From positions 1 to 63,521 of the IMG/VR virus record IMGVR_UViG_3300027867_000006: a stretch of 63,521 nucleotides of DNA, one strand, 5' to 3'. A program made the position numbers and the translations under genes. The notes under the pieces were generated by a model. That model made no database searches. It saw only the letters and a list, made by a program, of their open reading frames with translations, and was not told where the DNA came from. The DNA is from a virus. Taxonomy: Duplodnaviria; Caudoviricetes. Of the stretch, positions 8,759 through 17,911 are shown piece after piece. Every line of letters starts with the position of its first letter. The first letter of the stretch is position 1.

Positions 8759-9571
8759 ATGTCTACAGCTCATCCCTCATTCGACATTGCTATTTCGCGC
8801 ACGAGCGACGCGATGCGCGACTACTCTCGCGTGATCAAGACGGAGAAGTGGCAAGGCATCGACATCTCGAAACGTCCTGAGGCCGAGATGCGAGAGGTCA
8901 TCGGCTGGGACTTCCGCGTCCAAATGCCCAGCGAGGATCCGGCGTACTACGCCGAGCAGATCAAGCCGAATCTGCCGTGGGCCGACGATCACTTTGTCGA
9001 GCGCGTCTGCGGATATCCGATGAACCCTGGCGAGACGTGGAAGGACTGGCCGTTCGCGCACTCAGCCAAGGGGTTCCTCGACGCCAAGGGGAGGTTCGAG
9101 GTCAACTACATGGAGCGTTTCTGGGGCGGAGCGGACAAAGGATTCCAAGATACCCCCGATACGGGTGTGACGTCTGGGTTATTCGGCATCCGCGGGCGCC
9201 CGTACGGCGACCTCGACAGCATCATCAGACTTCTAACCGAGCAGCCGCTGACGCGGCAAGCCTACTTGCCGATCTACTGGCCGGAAGATACAGGTGCAGG
9301 GGGTCGCGTTCCATGCAGTCTCGGCTATCACTGGATCATGCGAAACGGGCACTTGCATGTGCACTACCCGATCAGGTCGTGCGACTTCTACCGGCACTTC
9401 CGCGACGACATGTACCTGTGCATCCGACTGACGCTGTGGCTTCTCGAGCGCCTGCGCGTTGCTAATTTCCGAGTATGGAGGCAGGTCAAGCCCGGGTTCT
9501 TCTCGATGTGGATCGGCAGCTTGCACTTGTTCGTCAACGACTATCGTCTGCTCTTCGGAGATCGGCCATGA
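8759..9571 (+). CDS. Thymidylate synthase homologue, probable dCMP methyl/hydroxymethyltransferase
   Basis: TRQAYLPIY, RVPCSLGYH, RSCDFYRHFRDD, IGSLHLF; Asp at the base-specificity position. Confidence 0.8.
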   Translation: MSTAHPSFDIAISRTSDAMRDYSRVIKTEKWQGIDISKRPEAEMREVIGWDFRVQMPSEDPAYYAEQIKPNLPWADDHFVERVCGYPMNPGETWKDWPFAHSAKGFLDAKGRFEVNYMERFWGGADKGFQDTPDTGVTSGLFGIRGRPYGDLDSIIRLLTEQPLTRQAYLPIYWPEDTGAGGRVPCSLGYHWIMRNGHLHVHYPIRSCDFYRHFRDDMYLCIRLTLWLLERLRVANFRVWRQVKPGFFSMWIGSLHLFVNDYRLLFGDRP

Positions 9572-10302
9572 GCGACAAGCCGACACCGAGGACGGATGCG
9601 GTGCTTGCAACTCAACCGAACAACGGCTTCGGACTCGACAAGGGCCAATGTATTTGCCAGTGGTACGACTTCGCCCGCCAGCTTGAGCGCGAGCTTGCGG
9701 ATATGACTACCAGGCTCGACGCCTGCGAAACTGGCTGGGCCGAGGACACCGCAGAGGCGGCGCGACCCTCCACACCACCAAGAATGATTTGCCCTGTTGG
9801 TGGCGAGAAGCACATGCACATTTCGCCGCACCATCACGGCGACCGCATGACCTGCGGGCAATGCCAGCGCGTGCTTGTAGAGGCCACGGAGCCACTATCC
9901 CACGTCGCCGCCAGCACCGAAGCTGTCACGGTGGACGGCCCGCTCGGCGGGTTTTCAGTGGTCGGGCAAGCGGCGAATGAACTGGATCTGATGCTGACGC
10001 AGTTCCAACTCGAACTGGAGGCGGGAGCAGACCAAGATAGCCCCATCGAGGAACAGCAATTTCACTCCGCGATGGCGCTGGACTTGAAGCGCGGAATCAT
10101 CGACAGGTACACGCCGCCATCCGCAAGAGCGGACATTATGGAGGAATGTGCCGTTCTCGCGGGTAAGAAGTCCGATAACCCGAAGGAATACACCGACCAG
10201 CCGGAGGATTATGAGTACTGGCGAGGTTACGCAAAAGGCCGCGAGGACGCTGCGACGGAAATTCGAGTGAACGCTGCTTCTGACAAGAGCGCGAAGCCGT
10301 GA
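9568..10302 (+). CDS. Hypothetical protein (TPRTDA N-terminal family)
   Basis: MSDKPTPRTDA...FARQLERELA pattern; ATGA coupling. Confidence 0.7.
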   Translation: MSDKPTPRTDAVLATQPNNGFGLDKGQCICQWYDFARQLERELADMTTRLDACETGWAEDTAEAARPSTPPRMICPVGGEKHMHISPHHHGDRMTCGQCQRVLVEATEPLSHVAASTEAVTVDGPLGGFSVVGQAANELDLMLTQFQLELEAGADQDSPIEEQQFHSAMALDLKRGIIDRYTPPSARADIMEECAVLAGKKSDNPKEYTDQPEDYEYWRGYAKGREDAATEIRVNAASDKSAKP

Positions 10303-10550
10303 ATAAAAAACAAGCTATAGAAAGGGTGCGCCGGAAATTTCCTGAAGCATTTGCTATGAATGATGGCATTCCACACATTGATCCTTTGGAGGGGTTGAGA
10401 AGCGGCCCTGCCACATGGAAAATAATTTCGCCATCAGGTTATTTCCCGAGCGGGACTAAATTTCTAGGTGAGGGGTTGACTACAACGCAGGCATGGAAAC
10501 AGGCGGCGGAGAATATCCGCCGAGCAGACGAGAGGAACAAGAAGCCGTGA
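10299..10550 (+). CDS. Hypothetical protein
   Basis: Coupled ORF ending LGEGLTTTQAWKQAAE. Confidence 0.6.
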   Translation: MNKKQAIERVRRKFPEAFAMNDGIPHIDPLEGLRSGPATWKIISPSGYFPSGTKFLGEGLTTTQAWKQAAENIRRADERNKKP

Positions 10551-10795
10551 GCGTCGCCCACGAAACCCTGATATATTGCGACGGCGGCAAGGAATGTCCG
10601 ATGGACGGTTGCTATTGCGACGGAGATTCGCGGCACCAACTGGCTAAACAACAACGTGCCAGTTTCCCGATTAATGGTTGGCTATATAGAAACGGCAAAG
10701 ATTACTGTGGCGCGTGTGCGAAACGACTGTTCAATGTCGAGATAGGCGACACAGCAATCATCGCCACTCGTGACGAAACCACCAAAGGAGATTGA
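10547..10795 (+). CDS. Zn-ribbon-like hypothetical protein
   Basis: GTG start coupled to upstream stop; CDGGKEC...GW...DYCGAC. Confidence 0.6.
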   Translation: MSVAHETLIYCDGGKECPMDGCYCDGDSRHQLAKQQRASFPINGWLYRNGKDYCGACAKRLFNVEIGDTAIIATRDETTKGD

Positions 10796-10796
10796 A

Positions 10797-10997
10797 ATGG
10801 AAAATGAGAATGAAGCTAACATCGAATCCCTGCGTGGCCGCGTGGAAAATTTGGAGCGGTTGGTCGAGGAAGAACGCAAAGCAAAGCAACAGTGGGAGCA
10901 GAAGGCGCAGGAATATTTCGACCTGATTACCGAGAAGAACAAAGTGTTGGATGGCCTGCACGCCACGATCACGGAAGCGGTGAAGGTCAAAGAGTAG
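10797..10997 (+). CDS. Coiled-coil hypothetical protein
   Basis: AAGGAG SD; heptad-like sequence. Confidence 0.6.
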   Translation: MENENEANIESLRGRVENLERLVEEERKAKQQWEQKAQEYFDLITEKNKVLDGLHATITEAVKVKE

Positions 10998-11068
10998 TAT
11001 GAACAACAAACGAGAGGTTTCCAAATGATACTTACACCAGAGCAGCGCAAGGACTTCGAGGCCAAGAG

Positions 11069-11506
11069 ATGATCGATCGAATCTCTCGCGAGCAGATGTT
11101 GCTGGAAATAGCCCATGCTGTGGCTCTTCGAGGAACCTGTCGAAGACTCTCAGTGGGTGCTGTGATCGCCCGAGAGTATCATCCATTGGAGTTCGGGTAC
11201 GTCGGTGCGCCCCCTGGAGAAGCTCATTGCGACGAGTTCAATTGTGACCTGACTCAACCCTGTACTCGAACTTGGCATGCTGAATTCAACGTCATTAGAC
11301 GATCCAAAGAGCGTTCAATCAATCTACTGGGGGCTTCGATGTTTTGCACCGATTCGCCATGCCTCCAGTGCGCCATGAACATTCGGGACTCGGGCATCAC
11401 ACGAGTTTATTACGATCGCCGGTATAGACGACCAGAAGGAATTTTATATTTGGAATCGAACAATGTGGTTGTTGTACAGCTGAAGCGTTATGTCACGCAA
11501 TCCTAA
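11069..11506 (+). CDS. dCMP deaminase
   Basis: TCRRLSVGAVI, HAE and SPCLQC zinc motifs. Confidence 0.9.
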   Translation: MIDRISREQMLLEIAHAVALRGTCRRLSVGAVIAREYHPLEFGYVGAPPGEAHCDEFNCDLTQPCTRTWHAEFNVIRRSKERSINLLGASMFCTDSPCLQCAMNIRDSGITRVYYDRRYRRPEGILYLESNNVVVVQLKRYVTQS

Positions 11507-14030
11507 CTGCACCGACTGCATGTTGCACGAGTCGTCCAAGCACGTATGCATCTGGGGCACAGGCGACGGCCCGGGATTCCTCGTAGGTGAAGCGCCAGGC
11601 CGCGAAGAAGGGCGCACTGGCAAGCCGTTCATGGGACAAGCCGGGCAACTGATGCGCCCGATTCTCGAGGAACTTGGCATTCACGACCCGTATATCACCA
11701 ACGCGGCGAAGTGCCGCCCCCCATCAAATCGGAAACCCGAGCCGAGCGAAATTAAGATCTGCAAGAAGTATCTCCTCGAGGAAATTCAAGACCGAAAACC
11801 GAAAGCGATTCTGCTTCTCGGAGCGATCGCGATGCGGTCGATGCTGAATCGCACGGGCATCACCGAGATGAATGGGCAGGTAGTCGAAAGGGACGGCCAG
11901 CAGTATGTTTGCGCTTTTCACCCGGCATACGTTCTGCGCGATCCGTCTAAGGAGAGCGCCTTTCGCATGGCGGTCGCTCGGTACGCCTCGGTGTTGAATG
12001 GCAGCTTCTCGAACGAGATGCCAAAGTGGAGCCCGATCGATCACGAGCACTTTGATGAATTCATCAGCGATTGGATACTCGCTGACGCTATCTCCTTCGA
12101 CACCGAAGGCGCCGGCGAAGATGAAGGAGACGGTCTGAAGTGGTGGAAAGAAGGATATGAGGTGACATCCATCTCGTTCTCGCTTCGGATTTCATCGAAC
12201 AGTGACGAAATGGAAAAGAACTGGGCGCTTGCGATGCCCGGTCACGCGGGGGCGGTTCTGAACGAGGAGATGTGCAGACTCCTGCTTGAGGAACTGGTCA
12301 CTATGACCGCCGGGAAGCGCATGGTCGCGCACAATGGAAAATACGACAACCTCTGCCTGATGCGCCGGTTTGGTGTTCGATTCCCACTGGCGTCAGACAC
12401 CATGCTGGCCAGTCACCTGACAGATGAGAACTCCAGTCACGGTTTGAAGATCCTCGCTCGTCAACATTGCGGGGCTCCAGATTATGATCTTTCGATGAGA
12501 GAGAAAAAAAATACGCGAAATGTGCCGATCCACAAGTTATTAGGCTATAACGCCGGTGACTCGGCTTGGACGCGACGCCTCGATCCGATCTTCCGCAAGA
12601 AGATGGACGATCAAGAGCGGTGGCTGTACGAGAAAGTGATCATGCCCGCAGCTCGAGCGTTCGAGCAGATCGAAGAGAACGGCCTGTATGTTGACCTCGA
12701 CTACCTCGCGCAATCGGAAGTCGATGAGAAGCGCAAGATGGTCGACACCATCAAGAAGCTGAATCGCATCGCGAAGCGCGAGGTCAACTGGAACGCGCCC
12801 GCTCAGGTCGCCGAGGTGCTGTACAAAGACCTCGGTCTCGAGCCGACGATCTTCACGGACAAAGTCAACCCCGACACCGGCGAACGCGACACACCTTCAA
12901 CCGGCGAGGAAGCGCTAGTCGACATCAAGCACCCGATCGGCAAGCTGCTCGAGGCGTACCGCGGGCACAAGAAGTTCCTCTCGACGTACACGGGCGAGCG
13001 TCAGGAAGACGGAACCTACGCCGGCGGGTGGCGCGACTACATGGACGGCCCGCGACTGTACCTCAGCACGAAGCTGCACGGCACCGTGACGGGCCGATAC
13101 TCGAGCCGCCTGCACCAGACGCCACGCGATGGGACGATCCGCAATGCGATCATCGCCCCGCCTGGGTGGAAGTTCGGCCAGCTCGACCTGTCGCAAGCCG
13201 AGTTGAAGACGATCGCCGTGGTCTCACGCGACCCGGAACTGCTGTCGTGCTTTAAGAAGGGCGAGGACGTTCACTGGCGCACGCTGATGGAGGCCGTGCG
13301 TGCAGGTGGCGGCGAGTACATCGATCTGGTGATGAGCACAGCGAAGCAGATCACCAAGCGAAAGCTCGAGTTCCCTGATGCGATGGACCTCGTGCACGAC
13401 TACGGGCGGCTGGATCCTGATGTGGCGATCGCCCTCAACGGCGACTGGAAGGAAGCACGGAAGAAAGCCAAGGGCATCAACTTCGGATTCGCTTTCGGTC
13501 AGAGTGCGAACGGCTTCATCAACTACGCTAAGACCAAATACGGATTCGAACCGACGTTGCAGGAATCCACGACGTTCCGCGATGCGTACTTCAACCTGTA
13601 TCACGCGCTACCAGCCTGGCACGAGCGACAGATCAAGCTCGCCAAGGCGGACGGGTTCGTCCGAAACCTGTGCGGGCGCAAGCGTCGCCTGCCGGGGATC
13701 TGGTCGAGTGATCGATCGCTCGTCGCTGAATGCGAGCGGCAAGCGATCAACGCGCCAATCCAGGGATTCATAGGTGACTACAAGGCGATGATCCTCGCCG
13801 AGTTGATGGAGACGTTTCCGTGGGAACGCTTCCGCATCGTCGGTGAGGTACACGACTCGATTCTCTTCTGGTTCAAGGACGACTCGATTCTCGAGGAGAT
13901 CCGCCAGGTAGCAGATCACCCACGGCTCGCGAAAGAATGCGGGCTCAATTTTCCAATCAACTTCAACGTCGACATCGAAGTCGGCCGATGGGGCAAAGGA
14001 ACTAAAATCAAAAGGAAACAACATGTTTGA
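11490..14030 (+). CDS. polA: Family A DNA polymerase with N-terminal family-4 uracil-DNA glycosylase-like domain and 3'-5' exonuclease
   Basis: GEAPG/KCRPP/HPAY UDG motifs; DTE, HNGKYD and YNAGD exo motifs; TVTGRYSS, DLSQAEL, RKKAKGINFG, VHDS. Confidence 0.95.
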   Translation: MSRNPNCTDCMLHESSKHVCIWGTGDGPGFLVGEAPGREEGRTGKPFMGQAGQLMRPILEELGIHDPYITNAAKCRPPSNRKPEPSEIKICKKYLLEEIQDRKPKAILLLGAIAMRSMLNRTGITEMNGQVVERDGQQYVCAFHPAYVLRDPSKESAFRMAVARYASVLNGSFSNEMPKWSPIDHEHFDEFISDWILADAISFDTEGAGEDEGDGLKWWKEGYEVTSISFSLRISSNSDEMEKNWALAMPGHAGAVLNEEMCRLLLEELVTMTAGKRMVAHNGKYDNLCLMRRFGVRFPLASDTMLASHLTDENSSHGLKILARQHCGAPDYDLSMREKKNTRNVPIHKLLGYNAGDSAWTRRLDPIFRKKMDDQERWLYEKVIMPAARAFEQIEENGLYVDLDYLAQSEVDEKRKMVDTIKKLNRIAKREVNWNAPAQVAEVLYKDLGLEPTIFTDKVNPDTGERDTPSTGEEALVDIKHPIGKLLEAYRGHKKFLSTYTGERQEDGTYAGGWRDYMDGPRLYLSTKLHGTVTGRYSSRLHQTPRDGTIRNAIIAPPGWKFGQLDLSQAELKTIAVVSRDPELLSCFKKGEDVHWRTLMEAVRAGGGEYIDLVMSTAKQITKRKLEFPDAMDLVHDYGRLDPDVAIALNGDWKEARKKAKGINFGFAFGQSANGFINYAKTKYGFEPTLQESTTFRDAYFNLYHALPAWHERQIKLAKADGFVRNLCGRKRRLPGIWSSDRSLVAECERQAINAPIQGFIGDYKAMILAELMETFPWERFRIVGEVHDSILFWFKDDSILEEIRQVADHPRLAKECGLNFPINFNVDIEVGRWGKGTKIKRKQHV

Positions 14031-14265
14031 GTCCTTCGCCAATGATGCTTATCATCGAGACAAGTGCCTGACGTGTAAACATTCTGCGGCCGATCCCGAC
14101 GGTGCATTCTGTGGCCACCCAAAGAGTTTCAAGATGACGATCTACGGCCAAGGGATCACCCTCGCTCGTTCAGTGTCAGGAGTATGTGGCCCGTCTGCCA
14201 AATTATTCGAGAAGTGTACCTGTCATGATCGATACTGTATGAGACACCAACGGAGACAAGCATGA
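14023..14265 (+). CDS. Cys-rich hypothetical protein
   Basis: CxxCKH...C.HP...CGPSAKLFE. Confidence 0.6.
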   Translation: MFESFANDAYHRDKCLTCKHSAADPDGAFCGHPKSFKMTIYGQGITLARSVSGVCGPSAKLFEKCTCHDRYCMRHQRRQA

Positions 14266-15350
14266 GCGCACACTTGAAAGTTGTTCGTCCTCAAGGCGAA
14301 AAGTCGCAAGGACCATTCGAAGTCAGTCAGTCTACGATCAAGACGTGGCGCCGCTGCCATGCAATGTACGACTACCGGCACGTTCAGTTACTCGAGCGCA
14401 AGAAGCCTGTCATCCAGCTGATCCGGGGGACGATGATCGGCAAGTGCGCCGACGCGATGGCTCTGCGCCGCGTGAACCCGAAGGCGCCGAAGTGGGAGAC
14501 TGCTCTCACGCCATTCGAGAAGCAGTACGCCAAGATGTTCGCGGCCGAGCAGGAGTACTACGGCGATCCGATCACTGAGGTCAAGCGCATCATGGCGCGC
14601 TACGAGCAGATCTACGCTAAGGATGGTTTGACGTATTTGATTCCACCGCAGAAAGAAGGGGTGTTAAATTCGAACACCCCCTACGAGCTGCCAATCCGTG
14701 TCGACCTGGCGCCGGGCATCGTCTTCACTGGGCACATCGACAAGATGCCACGCGACAAGCAAGGGCGCGTCTGGGACATGGATCACAAGTCGCACAAGAA
14801 CATCCCCGATCACGAGGCGCGCTTCGGCGATTTGCAACAAACTTTTTATCAGTGGGCGATGCCGCTGTCCGGGTATCCGAAACCCGCAGGCGTCATCTGG
14901 GACTACATCCGGACGAAGCCACCAGCGATCCCCGAGACGTTGGTGAAGGGAGGTCTGTCTCAACGGCAGAACATCGACACCGACTACGACACCTACATGT
15001 CGGAGATTGTCCGCAACAAGCTGAACCCGAAGGACTACAAGAAGATCCTCGTGCCACTGAAGGAACGGGGGACGATGGACTTCTACCAGCGCGTGCAGCT
15101 GCCGACGCCGAACAAGGCGATGATCGAGACGATCGTGGCCGACGCGAAAGCGTCCGCCCTCGAGATGCAAAAGCTCGGCGGCGTGGATAAGACGCGGAAT
15201 ATGACTCGCGACTGCAAGGGCTGCGAGTACTATAATTTGTGTCAAGCCGAGCTGCGAGGACTCGACGCAAGTTTCATCCGCAAGAGCGACTACCAGATCA
15301 ATCAGGACCCCCGTCACGTTCACAGGAGCGATACCAATGCCAGCGATTAG
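14262..15350 (+). CDS. PD-(D/E)XK (Cas4/RecB-like) exonuclease
   Basis: SQSTIKTWRRC; E...GHID...DHKS; CKGCEYYNLC Fe-S-type cysteines. Confidence 0.85.
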   Translation: MSAHLKVVRPQGEKSQGPFEVSQSTIKTWRRCHAMYDYRHVQLLERKKPVIQLIRGTMIGKCADAMALRRVNPKAPKWETALTPFEKQYAKMFAAEQEYYGDPITEVKRIMARYEQIYAKDGLTYLIPPQKEGVLNSNTPYELPIRVDLAPGIVFTGHIDKMPRDKQGRVWDMDHKSHKNIPDHEARFGDLQQTFYQWAMPLSGYPKPAGVIWDYIRTKPPAIPETLVKGGLSQRQNIDTDYDTYMSEIVRNKLNPKDYKKILVPLKERGTMDFYQRVQLPTPNKAMIETIVADAKASALEMQKLGGVDKTRNMTRDCKGCEYYNLCQAELRGLDASFIRKSDYQINQDPRHVHRSDTNASD

Positions 15351-16152
15351 AAAGAAGGCCAGCAACAAGCCCCCGATCGAATTCACCGCAGTCGATCAGG
15401 TCCCGGAGGTCGTGGCCTGTCTGGCCTGGGGACGCTCGGGGACGGGGAAGACCACGTTCGCTTCGACGTTCCCGAAGCCGATGCTGTTTCTGGACGTGCG
15501 CGAGAAGGGTACCTCCTCTATCTCGAACGTCAAGGGCATCAAGGTCGGTCGAATCACGGAGTGGGACGAACTCGAACAGGTCTTCTGGTACCTGAAGAAG
15601 GGCGAGCACGAGTTCAAGACCGTGGTGATCGATCAGATCACGACGCTCCAGGATCTCGCGATGTCCAAAGCGAAGAAGGACGAAGGCAAGGAAGACAGCG
15701 ACGCTTCCTCGAAGCGGATCTTCGGTCTGACCGGCGGTCTGATGAAGACCTGGCTACTGAACTTCCGGGACCTGACCGAAGAAGGAATCCACGTCATCTT
15801 CATTGCGCATGATCGAACCACGCGCCCAGCGGATGACGCTAGCGGAGATGACCAGCTCGAGCCGGAAGTCGGGCCTCAGGTCATGCCGAGCGTCGCGTCG
15901 TTTCTCAACGGATGCGTCGGAATCATCGGCAACACGTTCATTCGAGAGAACTTCACAGTCGAGAACAAGCGCCGCGTGCGCCATGTCGAGTACGGCATGC
16001 GTCTCGGCCCGCACGCTTACTACACTACGAAGGTCCGGAGTCCGGTTGGAATAGCGGCCCCCGAATCGATCGTGGACCCCACATACGATAAGCTGGTGGC
16101 GATCGTCCGGGGGGACTATTCCGAAACCGCCACCGCCAAGAAGAGGAAATAG
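15337..16152 (+). CDS. Sak4-like AAA_24 ssDNA-annealing ATPase
   Basis: GRSGTGKTT; TVVIDQIT; IFIAH. Confidence 0.85.
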   Translation: MPAIRKKASNKPPIEFTAVDQVPEVVACLAWGRSGTGKTTFASTFPKPMLFLDVREKGTSSISNVKGIKVGRITEWDELEQVFWYLKKGEHEFKTVVIDQITTLQDLAMSKAKKDEGKEDSDASSKRIFGLTGGLMKTWLLNFRDLTEEGIHVIFIAHDRTTRPADDASGDDQLEPEVGPQVMPSVASFLNGCVGIIGNTFIRENFTVENKRRVRHVEYGMRLGPHAYYTTKVRSPVGIAAPESIVDPTYDKLVAIVRGDYSETATAKKRK

Positions 16153-16154
16153 CC

Positions 16155-16769
16155 ATGAAGAAGGGAAAGTCCGTGAAGGTTGACTTCACTGGCGTCGATG
16201 TCACCGGCGGCGGCAAGCTGCTGCCGGAGGGACCGATCCAGCTGGAGCTGAAGGAAATCGAAGAGAAAGAAGGCGAAGACAGCGGCAAGCCGTACCTGGA
16301 AGGCCGCTTCGAAGTCGCCGAGCCGGGCGAGAACGAAGGCGTCACGGTGTACGACAACTTCTCGCTGCAGCCGAAGGCGCTGTGGAAGCTGCGCTCGGTG
16401 ATGGAAGCCGGCGGCATCCAGACGGTGGACGGCCCGATGTCCATCGATCTGGACGAGCTCGTTGGAATCGTCGTGGTGGGAGACATCATCCACGAGGAAT
16501 ACAAGGGCAAGCAGAAGAACCGCGTCAACGGGTATTCGTCCGTGGACGGGGGCAGCACTGCGACTGAAGAATCGACGCCGGCGAAGCGCAAGCGCCCGGC
16601 GCGTGGTGGCGACGATGAGCCGACGTGGAAGCTGAAACAGGCGGTGACGTTCAAAGACGGCAAGAAAACCCTGTCGGGCGTCATCACCGAACTCAACGGC
16701 GAGAAGGTGACCGTCAAGGTAAACAAAGACGAGTATGAAATGGAGACCAGCGACCTGACGGCCGCCTGA
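16155..16769 (+). CDS. ssDNA-binding protein (DUF669-like)
   Basis: LPEG...SGKPYL...ALWKL...EEYKGKQKNRV; follows the Sak4-like gene. Confidence 0.75.
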   Translation: MKKGKSVKVDFTGVDVTGGGKLLPEGPIQLELKEIEEKEGEDSGKPYLEGRFEVAEPGENEGVTVYDNFSLQPKALWKLRSVMEAGGIQTVDGPMSIDLDELVGIVVVGDIIHEEYKGKQKNRVNGYSSVDGGSTATEESTPAKRKRPARGGDDEPTWKLKQAVTFKDGKKTLSGVITELNGEKVTVKVNKDEYEMETSDLTAA

Positions 16770-16792
16770 TCGAGTTTCGACCGTAAGAATTC

Positions 16793-16817
16793 GACCCGCT
16801 TCGGCGGGTCTTTTTTT
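16793..16817 (+). terminator. Rho-independent terminator
   Basis: GACCCGC-TTCG-GCGGGTC followed by T7. Confidence 0.9.
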
Positions 16818-16831
16818 GATATAATTTCAAT

Positions 16832-17368
16832 GTGTCTAAGGTCAATTCCAACCGAGTTGGTACTCTCTACTCGATGATCTCACCGAGTGGAAAGACTTAC
16901 ATTGGGATCACGGTTCAAAGTCTTGCTCGTCGAATAAGTGGCCACCTCAGATGTGCCGTTCATCATTACAGTTCCAGACCACTTTCTAGAGCTATTCGAA
17001 AGTACGGCATCAAGAGCTTCGAGCTTAAAGCTCTAGCAATTGGTCAGTGGGACTATCTAGTTTTACTTGAGATCCGAGCCATCGATCGGTTTAACAGCCG
17101 AGCTCCGGAGGGCTATAACTCAACCGATGGAGGAGAAGGAATGTTGGGTTATAACCCCACAGCTGAAACTCGAGAGCGACTTTCCCGTTCAAATAGCGGA
17201 AAGACCCATTCGATTCGAACTCGTAAGAAAATCTCAATGGCGAATCGAGGGAGAACTCCCTCAATCGAGACGCGACAGCGACTATCAGTCGCTCACCAAG
17301 GACATCGACATTCGCTCGAGACACGTCGAAAGATCTCTATCTCAGCCAAAGCTCGATTCTCGGGGTAA
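16832..17368 (+). CDS. Free-standing GIY-YIG homing endonuclease with NUMOD3 repeats
   Basis: GTLY...GKTYIGIT...R; GYNSTDGGEG; repeated HSxETRxKIS. Confidence 0.9.
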   Translation: MSKVNSNRVGTLYSMISPSGKTYIGITVQSLARRISGHLRCAVHHYSSRPLSRAIRKYGIKSFELKALAIGQWDYLVLLEIRAIDRFNSRAPEGYNSTDGGEGMLGYNPTAETRERLSRSNSGKTHSIRTRKKISMANRGRTPSIETRQRLSVAHQGHRHSLETRRKISISAKARFSG

Positions 17369-17376
17369 AACTCACG

Positions 17377-17447
17377 TAACTCATTGATTTATAAGTGTTA
17401 ATAATAAATGATCAACCATTTACTTTCTCAAGATTACCCCTTAGAAT
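17377..17447 (+). promoter_or_regulatory. Strong sigma70-type early promoter with AT-rich UP region and IHF consensus site
   Basis: TTTACT (17419-17424), 17-bp spacer, TAGAAT (17442-17447); AATCAAtgagTTA on the minus strand at 17377-17389. Confidence 0.75.
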
Positions 17448-17453
17448 TCATAG

Positions 17454-17890
17454 TGTTAGGTGATTTACCAGTCGACGGGGACTGAGGGGCGCAACGCCCA
17501 AACCCGCGGGTCGTCCGGGAGCGCTGTCCTCCCGGGGTCGGGAGGATACCCCGATCGCGTCAGGCACCTCAGGGCATCCCCGCTCTCGCCGAAGCGCAGA
17601 ACCTGACCTATGTCCACGCCAGCTCGAAGTCGAAGTCTGGGGCATCCCGCGGGGCCGGTCCATCGTCTGATGGGCGTCCGGCACAGTCGCACCGCGCATC
17701 TCGCCGTTCGATCGAAAGCCTAAGTCAGTCGTGAACGACAATCAGATGATCGGCGCCTAACCAGCGCGGCAACAGAAAACGGTGCAGCTAACGTCTAGCA
17801 AGCGCGACGCTGCGAACACTCAAGGTAAAAAACGAATCGCAACAGTCTGCCCAGCTTCGGCTGGGCAGCATGATGCGATTGTCGCATCGT
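17454..17890 (+). ncRNA. Candidate structured non-coding RNA or long 5' leader
   Basis: ~440 nt after the promoter with no credible sense ORF; several GC-rich hairpins; UUCG hairpin at 17847-17868. Confidence 0.4.
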
Positions 17891-17911
17891 TCTCACTCAA
17901 GGAGAAACCAA

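Noticed and set aside
8759-9571. Ordinary thyA, or a 5-hmdU synthase with thymidine hypermodification
   Set aside because: The specificity residue is Asp rather than Asn, ThyX is already present, and I recognised no 5-HMUDK, aGPT-Pplase or radical SAM genes.
14262-15350. CRISPR-associated cas4
   Set aside because: It sits in a standard nuclease-Sak4-SSB recombination module with no other cas genes or array.
16832-17890. Group I intron or RNA-guided nuclease formed by the GIY-YIG gene and the downstream structured region
   Set aside because: No interrupted host gene, a separate promoter lies between the two, and no intron core or RuvC motifs were recognised. Adjacency alone is insufficient.
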